Assembly (NCBI RefSeq): GCF_048593235.1
Contig: NC_133621.1
Span: 184,037,238-184,101,237, forward strand
Length of the DNA: 64,000 nucleotides
DNA from: Sminthopsis crassicaudata
Lineage: Eukaryota
Reading direction: 5' to 3'
The notes under the pieces: model-generated
The model's database searches: none
Told to the model about the DNA's origin: nothing
Seen by the model: only the letters and a program-made list of their open reading frames with translations
In this document: piece by piece, positions 51,521 through 64,000 of the stretch
How positions within the stretch are numbered: the first letter of the stretch is position 1
Layout: each line of letters opens with the position of its first letter
Position numbers and translations under genes: made by a program

Positions 51521-54500
51521 AGCTTTTCAGAGGATCTGAAGGTATTACGGGTTTCTTCCAGCAACTGTCGTTTGGGCAATAATAAGCTTTTCTAAACTGT
51601 GATTTCAGATATTTGTTCCAGTGTCTGAGTCTGTTGTAGACAGAGGACCGGGGGTGGGGGCAAGTTGTGAGAAACGAAAGGTTTTGAAGTATTGGGGACC
51701 GACTGTAGTTCTTATCTTTCTTACTTTAATAATAGACCTCAGCTGTAAAGGGGGTTTCCAAAGCAATCTAGTTCATCCTCTCGTTTTACAGATGAGTAAA
51801 CTGAGGCCCAAGGAGGTTCCCTGAGCTGCCCGGGATCACTGCAAATAGTAAGCAGGAATAGGTGGAATCTGAACCCAGCTTCTTTGTCTTCCAGAAGCAT
51901 TGGAGTACTCTGCCACAGTAGTCCTTATTAAAAGTACAACTGTAGGTAAAGCGAATATGAGTTCCTCTGTCAAAGTAGTCAGATACTGTAACTTGTTTCC
52001 TTTCACACTTAAACCGTAGGTATGGCAACTGAGACATAGGAACCAAGGGCTCCAGAGCCCCGCTTTCCATTTCTTATCCTGCAGCTGAAGGGATCCTGAA
52101 ATCATTTTGAAGAAAAAATTTTTTCCTCTGCATATCAAAGCAAAATCTATCTCTCTACAACCACTCTTTGTTCCTGACTGTGCTAATCAAAATGAGTCTC
52201 ATTTACTTTTCCTTGAGAGCAAATCATATCAGAGTACATTGTACACAGAAGAACATGATTATATTTCTGTTTTTTCTTTTCTAGACTAAATTTTCTCAAT
52301 TTCTTCAACTGCACACTGTATAATGTGGTGTTGATCCCCTTTGTCTGGTCTCCCTCCAATTTCACTCCAATTTGTCAGTATCTTTCCTAAAGCTGGTACA
52401 TAGGCCTCTGTTATCTAATCAGGGCGAAGGGAAATAGGCCAATTGTTTTCCTTTTTTCTAGATAATACGTCTCATTTAATATAGCCTATGATTTCACTAA
52501 CTACTTTTATTTTGTTATTGAGGCTTTGAGCTTGCAGTCCTTTAAAAACACCAGGACTTTTTCATATGAACTGATGAGCCAGTTTTCCCACCCTCTGTTC
52601 ATTGCAGCAGTTTATAAGTGTTGTGTCTGTTAGCTTTAAAATGAAAAAGAAACGTGATCAGTTTCTCCCAATCCATTGTACCTCTTCTGTTAATCCTCAG
52701 AGAGCCTCTTCAAATAAGTTATTTATGTAAAAAACAAGCATCTGTTCTATATATAGAGATAGGAAAAGAAGAAAACCCAGGAACAAGATTTCTAAATAAG
52801 AGGCATGGGATTGGAATATGAAGGATCTTACCTATGATTCCAAATTCTTATTCCATTTTGGCTTAGATTTTTATATCTTCATGAGTTGGAGTTAGGGAGA
52901 CATCTAGATCTTTTTATTAGTTTTAGGCGGGAAAGCAATAGAAAACAGACCATTAAAATGCATAGATATAGTACATTAACCAGTTAATATGAGAGGTTGT
53001 CCAGATTGTCTAATTTGAAACCCTTCATCGAAGGAGGGATTAATCTTTGTACATTTAGCCTCAAGAGATAGAAGGAATAGTGGTTAGATGCTATATATAG
53101 AGCAACACATCAAGCCTGATTTAAAGATAATCTTCATAGTAATGAAGACTGAATGGAGAGTTTGCTTAAGCAGAAGCTGGATAGGTATTTGTCAGTGATG
53201 CTGAAAAAGGATATCCCTGTTTTAAGTATAAGTTAGACTAGAATCTGAAATCTCTTCAAAGTCCAAGGTTCTGTAAGATTTTTCCTTTTACAGATAACTC
53301 ATTGCATTGACTTAAGGGTGTTGAAGTCTCATTGGTTAAATGCACAGATAATCAAAAGAGGCCTAATAATTCTCACAGGTTAAAAATTGAGGAATAATGT
53401 AAAATTTCCAGTGTTATGTAGCTTGTCTTTCTCAGGGAGTTATGATCAAATTGTTTTTCTTTGTTACAAGAGAGAGTTCAGTTGGAATTCAAGAGTGTAT
53501 TAGTGGTGAGGTACATATTCTAAAATGATTTTTTCTTTTTTCTTTTTTTTAATGAAGAGGGGAATTCTGCAGTGCTTTCAGTTTTGATGTTATACTGGCA
53601 TTCTGGTAACATTAATGGCACTTAAAAAGTGGTGTAAAAGTTGTTATCAAGGAAATGTATGATCTGAAAAGGATAATCTTATTGTTCAACAAGAATGAAG
53701 GCTAACCAGTAAATTTGTATGTGGTGCTTACTGTTGATGAATGTTAAAATGCCTAGAAGGCCTCAGATCCTCTATATATAGTATTAATAAACTTGGCTAA
53801 ACATTAAATAGGAAGTGTGGATTGGTTATTAACTAACATTAGTGGGATGAGTAATCATGGTTCTAGAGAGTGAAGAATTATTGAAAATTTGGCCAATCAT
53901 GCTATCCTATCAAAATCCTTTTAGATCCTAACTCTGTTATTCAACATATTAGCTATGCATCCTAGTTTAGTGCCAAATTAAAATGATACAAGCAAATAAT
54001 CTATGCCATCATTCAAACCATTAATAATGTTAACTAAAAAGAGTTCTGGAGTATTCTGCTGGAAGCATACATACAATCTATACCTTCAACCAAGCCATTA
54101 ATAAATATTGAATATAAAGAGTCCTAGAACATTCCACATGAAGTCTCTTTCCAGGTCAGGATTGATCCATTAATCCCTAAGGGTATTACAAGAGACTTTG
54201 TTGAATGCTTTATGAAGTCTAAATACTGTATAACTATTATTCCCTAAAATGTTATATGTCCAAACAAAACAAAAACCCATTTTATTAAACCAGGTACAAA
54301 TGGTTCCTAATGTAGTAATACTGTCTCAAAGTGATTACCACTTACTTTCATATTCACATTATGCTTTAATATTCTAGAATTTTGCCATAATAGTTAAGAT
54401 ACTGTATCTCATTTATAGTCACAGAGAGTTCTACTACACACTATATTGGTGAAAAGTAACCTTGTAGTCCTTATAGCTACTAATGCTACCCTTTGTGCTT

Positions 54501-55239
54501 TTAGATTACTGACTCCCTGTAACACATGTATCCAAGATACCATAGAGAAGAGGTATAATTAGGTATTATTGTGAGGTGGTACAAGTTTATTCTTGTGTTA
54601 AAATTATGTTTATTCAAGTGTTAGACTTTCCTCCAATCTTATTCTTTCATTTTCTCTTCTTTATTGAAAGGAAAAAAAAAATAAAATAGTTATTTCTTTA
54701 GAAGTTAAGATGAGAAACTGGTTATCTTGATTCTCAACTTCAAATGACTAGGAAGGGAAAGGGAACAGTAAAATCGTAGTAAAATTTTGTATCAGTTGAC
54801 ACATCTGGTCCTTGTAATGTTAACTTCTGCATACACTTTGGATGTTAACTGTAACTGACAAAAAGTTCATATTTCCAAATCTAGCCTTGATTATAAGCCT
54901 GATTGTCCAAATCAGGTGAGTTCCCAGGTCATTGAAGCATGTTTTTCTCCTTCTCTAGCATAAGTTTCTTAACCTTTTGTAATTTGTAGCACGATAACAA
55001 GGTTGTTGCTATGTTCTATTTTTATTTGGAAATTTGTGTATTTCTAGAAAAGTTTTGCTTCTTTGATCACAGAGTTCCAAGCCTTCCAGAAGTAAAAATA
55101 TCTAAAATATTTTCTGCAGGTGGATGTTAAACAGTGTGATGAAAAAGACTTCTGCTGATTATAGTTCTGGTGTGTTACTTTGAATGAAAAAGTGAGTTTC
55201 ATCAGGGACAATTATACTTTTCCAATCTTCAGTACTTTA

Positions 55240-56530
55240 GTTTTTTGGGGTTTTTTATTTATTTATTTTTTATTAATAGTTTTTATTTATTAGATATATG
55301 CATGGGCAACTTTATAACATTGACAATTGCCAAACCTTTTGTTCTAATTTTTCCCCTCCTTCCCTCCTCCCCACCAGATGGCAGGTTGACCAATACTTGT
55401 TAAATATGTTAAAGTATAAATTAAATACAACATGTGTATACATGTCCAAACAGTTGTTTTGCTGTACAAAAAGAATTGGACTTTGAAATAGTGTACAATT
55501 AGCCTGTGAAGGAAATCCAAAATGCAGGTGGACAAAAATAGAGGGATTCATAGTAGTGATTCATAGTCATCTCCCAGAGTTCTTTCGATGGGTATAGCTG
55601 GTTCAGTTCATTACTGCTCAATTGGAAACTGATTTGGTTCATCTCATTCTTGAAGAGGGCCACATCCATCAGAATTGATCATCATATAGTAGTATTGTTG
55701 AAGTATACAACGATCTTCTGGTCCTGCTCATTTCACTTAGCATCGGTTCATGTAAGTCTCTCCAGGCCTTTCTAAAATCATCCTGCTGGTCATTTCTTAC
55801 AGAACAATAATATTCCATAACATCCATAAACCATAATTTATTCAGCCATTCTCCAATTGATGGGCATCCACATAGTTTCCAGTTTCTGGCCATTACAGAC
55901 ATTCTTGCACATACAGGTCTCTTTCCCTTCTTTAAAATTTCTTTGGGATATAAGTCCAGTAGTAACACTGCTGAGTCAAAGGGTATGCACAATTGGATAA
56001 CTTTTTGAGCATAGTTCCAAATTGCTCTCCAGAATGGCTGGATATATTCACAATTCCATCAACAATGTATCAGTGTCCCTGTTTTCCCACTTCCCCTCCA
56101 ACATTGTGCATTATCTTTCCCTGTCATTCTAGTCAATCTGATACGTATGTAGTGGTGTCTCAGAGTTGTCTTAATTTGCATTTGTCTGATTAATAATGAC
56201 TTGGAGCATCTTTTCATATGGCTAGAAATAGTTTCAATTTCTTCATCTGAGAATTGTCTGTTCATATCCTTTGCCCATTTATCAATTGGAGAATGACTTG
56301 ATTTCTTATAAATTAGAGTCAGTTCTCTTTATATTTTGGAAATGAAACTTTTGTCGGAACATTTGACTGTAAAAAAATGTTTTCCCAGTTTATTGTTTCC
56401 CTTCTAATCTTATCTGCATTAGTTTTGTTTGTGTAAAAACTTTTCAATTTGATATAATCAAAGTTTTCTACTTTGTGATCAATAATGATCTCTAGTTCTT
56501 CTTTGGACATAAATTCATTCCTCTTCCCAG
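55240..56530 (-). mobile_element. L1 fragment (ORF2 end + 3'UTR) in WBP11 intron 1
   Basis: Minus ORFs 55669-55992 (CIPFDSAVLLL..CPSIGEWLNKLW) and 56059-56265 (HMKRCSKSLLIR.MQIKTTLR.H). Confidence 0.92.
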
Positions 56531-57890
56531 TTCTCCAGTTTTTGCATTGAATAGTTGAATCATCTAACAATTCATCAGAATCCAGCATGTGGTGGTCAAA
56601 GCACAATCCCTTAAAAACTATACTGATAATAAGGGGTGCCTTAAAATCTTAATTGAATTTGAATACAATTGATGATAATGCCATATTTTGTGGTAGTTTT
56701 CTTAATGTGGAAAGTCCAGTTTTTGTATTAAATCACAACTTAAGTTCTGAGGAAGAAAATTTTTTTTGTTATATTTGATATTTGTCAGCATTCTTAATGC
56801 TAAATGAATTCTAATGAATTATCAACTTTATAGTTTATTCTTTACATCATTAAAACATAGAATTGAATTCAATATTGCATTTAGAATCTGAGAAAAAAAG
56901 TTTTATATTTAGTGACTATTAACAGTGTCTGTTAGATTGTACATTGTACAGAAAGAAGTTAATTTTTAAAATAAGATCAGATTACAAGTTCATTATGAGT
57001 CAGCATTGCCAGCTCATAGCCAGACAGACTAATGTGATCTTAGGTTATGTTAAAAGAAAGGCCTTTTTTTTCCCAGAAAGGAGATTCTAATAACAATGTA
57101 ATCTATCTTAATCAGTTCACATCTTATAAAGAAGTCTCTATAAGTAGAGCCATGTGAAAATAAAAAAGTAGGGATTTTTAATTTGGAAAAGAAATGATTT
57201 GATAAGATTTGATAACCAGTCTACAAGTACTTAAAATGCTATCATGTGGGGGGAAAGATAACTGGTTTAACTTGGTACCACAGGGAAAAAGAACTAAAAG
57301 CAATGGGTAAAAGAAATGAGGCAAATTTTTTGACATGAGGAAAGACTTGGTAATCTTGAGATCTATACTCAAGTAGAATGAACTGCCTCAGAAAGTAATG
57401 TATTTTCAGTGGTGATCTTCAAACAAATTAATTTGTTGGACATTTAAGAGAGTGAATACTTGTCAGACATATGGATGGATGGATGGGTGGATGATAAACT
57501 TTTAGTAACCTATTTTGAATAATAGAGATAAAAAAAGACATAATATCTGTGTATATGCCAGTCTATAAAGAAAATATATCCTCTGTATACATATATTGGA
57601 TTTAACATATATTTTAACATGTTTTGGAATACCTACCATCCAGGAAAGGAGGAGAAAATTTGGAACAAAAGGTTTTTCATTTTTTATGCTCATTTAAAAA
57701 TTTAATTGATTTTTAAAAGATATCAATTTTGTTCTTCAAATTTATTACCATTCAGAAGTACAGTCAACAATTGGGAGGCAGATAAGTATTCTACAAGTGT
57801 AAAGCACTTTAAGAGGATTACCAAAATTCTTTTTTTTTCTTTAGATTTTTTTTCCTCTTCTTAACTGACGAAACCTTATAACCTTTGAAA

Positions 57891-57954
57891 ATGGGGCGGA
57901 GATCTACATCATCCACCAAGAGTGGGAAGTTCATGAATCCTACTGACCAAGCTC
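57891..57954 (+). CDS. WBP11: WW domain-binding protein 11, first coding exon (MGRRSTSSTKSGKFMNPTDQA)
   Basis: 64 coding nt; acceptor at 57844; donor |gtaagt. Confidence 0.97.
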
Positions 57955-58574
57955 GTAAGTATGCACTATATGTGAAGCAAAGATTAACACATATTATAAA
58001 TTACAATATTAAGGAGTCTGTTGTATTTTTTAATTTTATTGCTAGAACAGCTAAGCTAGAAAAGTCTAATTTGCCAAGGTATTTAGCTTTCCCCAACTTA
58101 AACTTTTTGACATGAAAGTGGGGAAAAATTATTATCCAAAAGACTTTTCTTTAATTGTACTGTTAAACCTCCAAACTAAATATATGTATTCGTGTATATA
58201 TGTACATATACACACACATATATAATGTTCTCTTGATTTTAGGAATTTTGAAAGAGTGGATTCACTGAGTCTTTTGATAATACTATGATACAAAGCATGT
58301 ATTTTTTTCAGTTTGCTGCATCAGTGATTTTCTAATAAAGACTTAGAATTTTAATCATAGTCATAAAACACAAAGCACTAAATAAGCCCTAAAATCATTT
58401 AGTGGCTTATTTTTATTATTGAAAAAAAAAAAAAAAAAACTTGAAATATGGTCCTTGGGGGAAGATGCTTTTAGGCACTAAAAATGTAGATTAGTACAAA
58501 TTGACACAAAGAAGGAAATGCCCATGATCAGGATTTTATATTATGTTCTTTTCTTTTCTTTCTTTCTTTTATAG

Positions 58575-58606
58575 GAAAAGAAGCCCGGAAAAGGGAATTA
58601 AAAAAG
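58575..58606 (+). CDS. WBP11: WBP11 exon 3 (RKEARKRELKK)
   Basis: 32 nt, ag/gt sites, frame continuous. Confidence 0.96.
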
Positions 58607-59540
58607 GTATGTGTCCCCTCCTCTCCCCCCCCCCCCCAAAAAAAAAATAGCTACTTACACTATTGAACTGAACAATGTTGTTTAAAAAAAAAAAATTAAA
58701 ATTTATGAATCAACTGTTTCCAAATCTAAATTATAATAAGTCACTATTAAAAGAAATTTCACATATCTCACATTGGCTTGCTCTCCTTATTTTGAAGAAT
58801 AAAAAATATTTTTTTAGGAGTTACATTGATTTTGCTTTTCAGATAAGTGTAAAACCTTTCCCAACCCATATCTTTGTTTTTAAACTATCCCGCTCACACA
58901 GACAAACATAAGTTAACTTGTTTATATTATGAACATGTGTGTAAAAAGCTTTTGTTCTCAATTAGAGTCACAAAAAACATTGAAGGAAAATTTTTTGGCT
59001 TAAATGTGCTATAATTTGTACAAGGTTCTTTGGCTCCATAAACCTTGTAACAGGATTCTTTAATTTAAATTTTCTATTGTTTCCTTATTTTAGCATCACT
59101 TTGAAATCTGCTACTCTTAAGCTTTTTAAGAAAAGCAAAATTCGTTTAATTCATATAATAGGCAACTGATAAATATTAGTGAATGAATAAATGATTCCCT
59201 GCTGTTTTCATATTATAGATCACTTAATGAGAATTTTTTTAAAAATTTTTGACCAGAAATGATTGTCAATCCTTTTAAGTTGTCTTAGCATTTACGCACA
59301 AACTACTGAAGAAGCCACTGCACTTAAATTTTATATTAAAATCATAGTATAGAAATCTACTAAAGCCCCAATAGGAATTTTAAAATGTTTTTCTTTTAAA
59401 AAATTATATGATTGTTTTAAGCTGAACTTTTAACCTTAAAATAGATGAGCAGGAGCTTAAAAACCACCATTTAGTTTTAATTTAATTGAAATCAAAGATT
59501 ATTTTTAGTTTAACTCTTTGTTATCTTTTAATATTCTTAG

Positions 59541-59634
59541 AATAAGAAGCAACGAATGATGGTACGGGCAGCAGTACTAAAGATGAAGGATCCCAAACAG
59601 ATTATCCGGGATATGGAGAAATTAGATGAGATGG
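59541..59634 (+). CDS. WBP11: WBP11 exon 4 (NKKQRMMVRAAVLKMKDPKQIIRDMEKLDEM)
   Basis: 94 nt, ag/gt sites. Confidence 0.97.
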
Positions 59635-60211
59635 GTATGTAAGAGGAGAGAGAAGGGCTAGATTTTTGAAGATCTTCCAGTTTTCTGTGTGAATATTTTG
59701 GTTTACTGAGTCATTTGGGCAGTTTGTTGAAATTTCTAAGGCTTTATAGAGATAAAACAGTCATTCTTAGAAAAATATTTATTAATATTTATATTTGCTT
59801 AAGAAAGTTAAACTTAATACCATTTCTCTGAAGCTAGAATAGCATGTGCTTGGTGCTTGGTTGTTAGAGACCATTTCTAAGGTTTTTGTTTTGGTGGTGG
59901 TGAAAATGACAATCATAGAGGTCTTAGCCTTTGAGTGTGGTTCAGTAGAAAGTGCTGATTTGAATAGGAGGACCTGGATTTAAAATAATAACCTATATGA
60001 CAACACCCTGGATCTTAATTTTTCTGTAAAATGAAGTATTTGCAAATGAAGATCTATGAGGTTGCTCCTTGCTCAGAAATCTATGATTTCTAAAATCTGA
60101 TCTCTCTATAAATCATATGTAATCCAAGAAAATGACTCTTTAAAAATAAAATAATAAAATTATATAAAAATTAAAGTTTTAAAAAATAATAGTAATCTTT
60201 TCTTCCATCAG

Positions 60212-60408
60212 AGTTCAACCCAGTACAGCAGCCACAGCTAAATGAAAAGGTGCTAAAAGATAAACGAAAAAAGCTTCGTGAAACTTTTGAACGCATTCTC
60301 AGACTCTACGAAAAAGAAAACCCAGATATCTACAAAGAGCTTCGAAAATTAGAGGTGGAATATGAGCAAAAGAGGGCCCAGCTTAGCCAATACTTCGATG
60401 CAGTAAAG
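60212..60408 (+). CDS. WBP11: WBP11 exon 5 (EFNPVQQPQLNEK...SQYFDAVK)
   Basis: 197 nt, ag/gt sites; overlaps ORF 60250-60444. Confidence 0.97.
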
Positions 60409-61461
60409 GTAATCAGGTTTTTGTTTTATTTTTGTTTTTTATGAAGAAAAGGAACTTCAAAACCAATTTTACTTCTGGTTTTAAAAAAAATTGATAAAGA
60501 CATGAACTTGAAGACATTTCATTTATGTACTGTATCTCCCATTGGTATAAATATTTGGCTATATTTGATAGAATGCTTAAAGCTTTCTATCAAAAAGTGC
60601 TAAAACCTAACTATGAAAATTCCCTAAAAAGATATTTTGTAACTGCTATTTAAAACAACATCAAATTGCCCAAAAGTTACATATAAATTGGACCAAAAAT
60701 TTTCAGCTTGCAATGAGGATAGAATGGTGGTAGGTGTAATAAGACTTATCTGTACAATAAAGGAAAGAATTTTTTATCAATGAATTAAGGTGTTTTGAGA
60801 CAGTTCTCTGGCATGAAAGAATCCCTCCTAGGAGAAAAACAAGCTGATGGTATGCAAAATATCATTTTGGTAACATAGCCATACTATCCTTTGGAAAATT
60901 GTCAGTATTTTTCCAAGAATATGTTCTATAAGATTACCACCTTCCTTAAGAGAAGATTGTTATGGTAGTCTCAGGACCACCAGGCCTGCTTCTTATAACA
61001 AAAAGTTTTTTTCTACATTTGCTGATTCTGAAGTGTAATCAGTGTGTGTTTTATGATAACAAAATTAAACTTGTTTCTTATGTTATTTCTTCCCTTATTT
61101 TAATGCTATTATAAAATTTAATAGTATCCTTTTCCCCATTTACTCAGAATATTAAATTGTATTCACTCAAGTACAGGGTGTGTCATCATTATTTCTATTT
61201 TATTTCGAACAAATCACAACCAAAAAAGGGTAGAATTCAAAGAAAAATTGAACATTTAGGCCATTTGGTGAAGAGAAGGTTATGGTATAACTAATGTAAA
61301 ACTTTATATTGTAAAAATTAGTGCTATTTCATATTTATATTTGAGTAGAAATTAGTCCAGTTTGTAAAATAACAGAATTGATATTCCTGTATTTAGTGTG
61401 TCCCCTTCTTGTCTATATTGATTTACCATCTACATGTTTGGTTTATTTTATTTTTTTCCAG

Positions 61462-61595
61462 AATGCTCAGCATGTTGAAGTGGAAAGCATCCCATTGCCA
61501 GATATGCCTCATGCTCCTTCTAATATATTAATTCAAGACATCCCATTGCCTGGTGCACAGCCACCCTCAATTCTCAAAAAAACCTCTGCCTATGG
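61462..61595 (+). CDS. WBP11: WBP11 exon 6 (NAQHVEVESIPLPDMP...KKTSAYG)
   Basis: 134 nt, ag/gt sites. Confidence 0.97.
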
Positions 61596-62383
61596 GTAAA
61601 TAAGCACCATTATAGTTAAATAGTAGTTATTAAGCATTAAGTAATCTCCCAAATGCAGTGTGTTAAGGGGAAATTGAAAATATATGTCTGGTATTTGATG
61701 ATGAGAAATAATATCTTCAGCAATATACTAATACACATGAAATAATAAGACCTAGAGGAAGTCCTTTGGCCTATGGGCTATCTCTCTTGGAGAATTTATG
61801 ATGAAACAATGCACAAGAATCCTATATGGTAAAAAGGCATGAAAAAGTTACAATGTGCAGTAAAGAAGGGATGAGGTAGAGAGACCATATAGCAAAGTGA
61901 AAAGAGCCCTCTACTTGGATTGACTCTGTCTTTGATAACAGTTGTATGACTATGGCAAGTCAAGTCTCTGAGTCTCAGTTTCCTGATATATAAAATAGAG
62001 ATAATAGATTTTTATGAGGCTTAAATTGATTTGCAAAACTATATAAATACCTATTGCTGTTATTATTATTGCAATAAGTTCACAGATCCATTGAAGTATT
62101 TCCAATATGTGGACATGAGCCTGAAATTCCCTAAGGTTCTAGAACTAAAAGAGCAAAGAGATAACTTATTCCTACCCTGTAATTTTACTAGTGAGGGAAT
62201 TACAGCTCATGTCATGATCCCAGAGCCTAGTTAGTGACAGAATTGGAATAAACACTGGCCGCCTAGGTACATTGTCCCTTCTATTACAGCACACTTTTTC
62301 AAGAAGGAATCCCTTGATTACGTTTAAAATATGAAATCTCTTACTATTTGAATAGAATATAAATAAAAATGTTCTCTTCCCAG

Positions 62384-62583
62384 ACCTCCCACTAGGGCAA
62401 TTTCTATACTTCCTCTTCTTGGACATGGTGTTCCTCGTTTGCCTCCTGGAAGAAAGCCTCCTGGCCCACCCCCTGGGCCACCTCCTCCCCAGGTTCTGCA
62501 AATGTATGGCCGTAAAGTGGGCTTTGCCTTAGAGCTTGCCCCTCGTCGACGAGAGGAGGATATTTTATATAGTCCAGAACTTG
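62384..62583 (+). CDS. WBP11: WBP11 exon 7 (PPTRAISILP...PPGPPPGPPPPQ...YSPEL); gene continues beyond the window
   Basis: 200 nt, ag/gt sites, proline-rich WW-ligand segment. Confidence 0.96.
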
Positions 62584-64000
62584 GTAAGATGTCAAGTTAA
62601 TTTTCTGTCTGTTGTTTTTCATTGTCATTAGAGTATTTATTGAATATTCCTAAAAATATGGCCTTGTTGAAGATTCATTTCAGTCCAATTGAGTGAAAAA
62701 ACATTATAGAACTATAGTTTCATAAATTTAGAACTAGCAGGGAACTTAGTCTGCCTATTTGATTTTATAGATTAGTAAGACCAGGTAGCTTATGACTTAT
62801 TTAATGACACACAGCTAGGAGGTACCAGGGCTGGGATTGACCCACATCCTCTGCCACTATATCTATTCTGCTGAAACATGTACTTGTTAGGTACCTATTT
62901 ACAAATAAAGCACTAGCAGGCAGTTGAGATACATAAACATAAAATAGAATCTGTCCTTAAAGTTTAAAATCAAATGCCACTTAAATCTTTAAAATATTTA
63001 TATCCATCCATCTAAATAGATTGTGGAGAGAGGCCAAAGCTGTAATTTTATTAGCATAGAAAAAAACTCCTATAGGTGAAACTCCAATATTGATTGGTAC
63101 CCACTCTGGAATTTTTAGTTTTAGAGAGTTCCTTGGGAAACTTAATCTCTCTCCCCCCAATAAAAAAGATCTTTGGCATAATATAAGTTGCATAAGTACA
63201 AAAATATACCTATCATCAAATAAACTCATATTTTCTTCCTGTTTTATCTTTGCTAGTAAGTGCAATATGGTGATAATAATTAACATCCTATTGTAGAGGA
63301 TTTCCAAAAGTATTTTCAAAATATTTCATAGTACTTCCTGAATAATTACTGTATAGATTCATTTATGGATCATAACGTTTATTTTATTTGTGTTAGATAA
63401 TCAGTAATAATAATAATAAGCAAGCAATGAGCAATAGTTTATTAAGCATCCGTACTGTATGAAATGCTTTCTTCCCGTAAGGAACTTCCTCAAGGAAAAC
63501 CTGCATAAATACAAGGGAGTTTGGAAGTTAGGGAAAGGAAATGAGGGGCCAGGTACAAATAGTTGGGGGAAAAGAAGAACAGCTGCATGTAGAAAGTGGC
63601 ATTTGAACTGAATTTTGAAAGGAGTTACAGATTCTAAAAGGCAGAAATAAGAAGAGAATGTATTAAGACACCCTGTGCAGAGACAGAAAATGGAGTATAA
63701 TGTGTAAGGAATAGTAAGAACATCATATTGACTGAGTCATAGAGTGGGATAAAAGAGAATAACGTATAATCCTAAAATGGTAGGTTGGAGATAAGTTGTG
63801 AAAAGGGGCTTTAAATATCAAACAGTAATCTTTGATCCTACAGGTAATACTAGTGGCATTTATTGAATAGGAAAGTAACTTGGTTATACTTGGGCTTTGG
63901 GGAAATAATTTTGTAACTATATGTGGAGGATGTATTGGAATTGAGAAAGCTTTGAGGCAGGAAGATCAGTTAGGAGGTTGTAAGGGTTAGAGACCCTGAA

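Overview
Eukaryotic, AT-rich, repeat-dense genomic DNA from a marsupial, most likely a dasyurid (judged from the WSINE1-like SINEs and the L1 subfamily). There are no prokaryotic features. The window is the conserved MGP - C12orf60 - SMCO3 - WBP11 block, reversed relative to human chr12p12.3. It contains the complete 4-exon MGP (+, 9666-14346, 102 aa), the single coding exon of a C12orf60 orthologue (-, 42044-43309), SMCO3 nested antisense (+, 47127-47804), and the CpG-island promoter plus exons 1-7 of WBP11 (+, continuing past the window end). The standout is the C12orf60 orthologue. It is 421 aa rather than about 245 aa, because a roughly 192-aa in-frame Cys/Pro repeat block has been inserted mid-domain. 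That block mixes ODF1-like C-X-P tripeptides with a CLK[LIM]DP hexapeptide, and the flanking domain is also Cys-enriched (69 Cys in total). A candidate TATA promoter with RFX/CRE/SOX motifs and a first exon that could extend the protein in frame lie at 49.17-49.44 kb. No intact ART4 is visible at its syntenic position. The rest is LINE, SINE and LTR relics (several with clear TSDs), a decayed ERV env, a 7SL fragment, a 155-bp local duplication and an unidentified poly(A)-tailed insertion. Comparisons to human proteins are from memory, not database searches.
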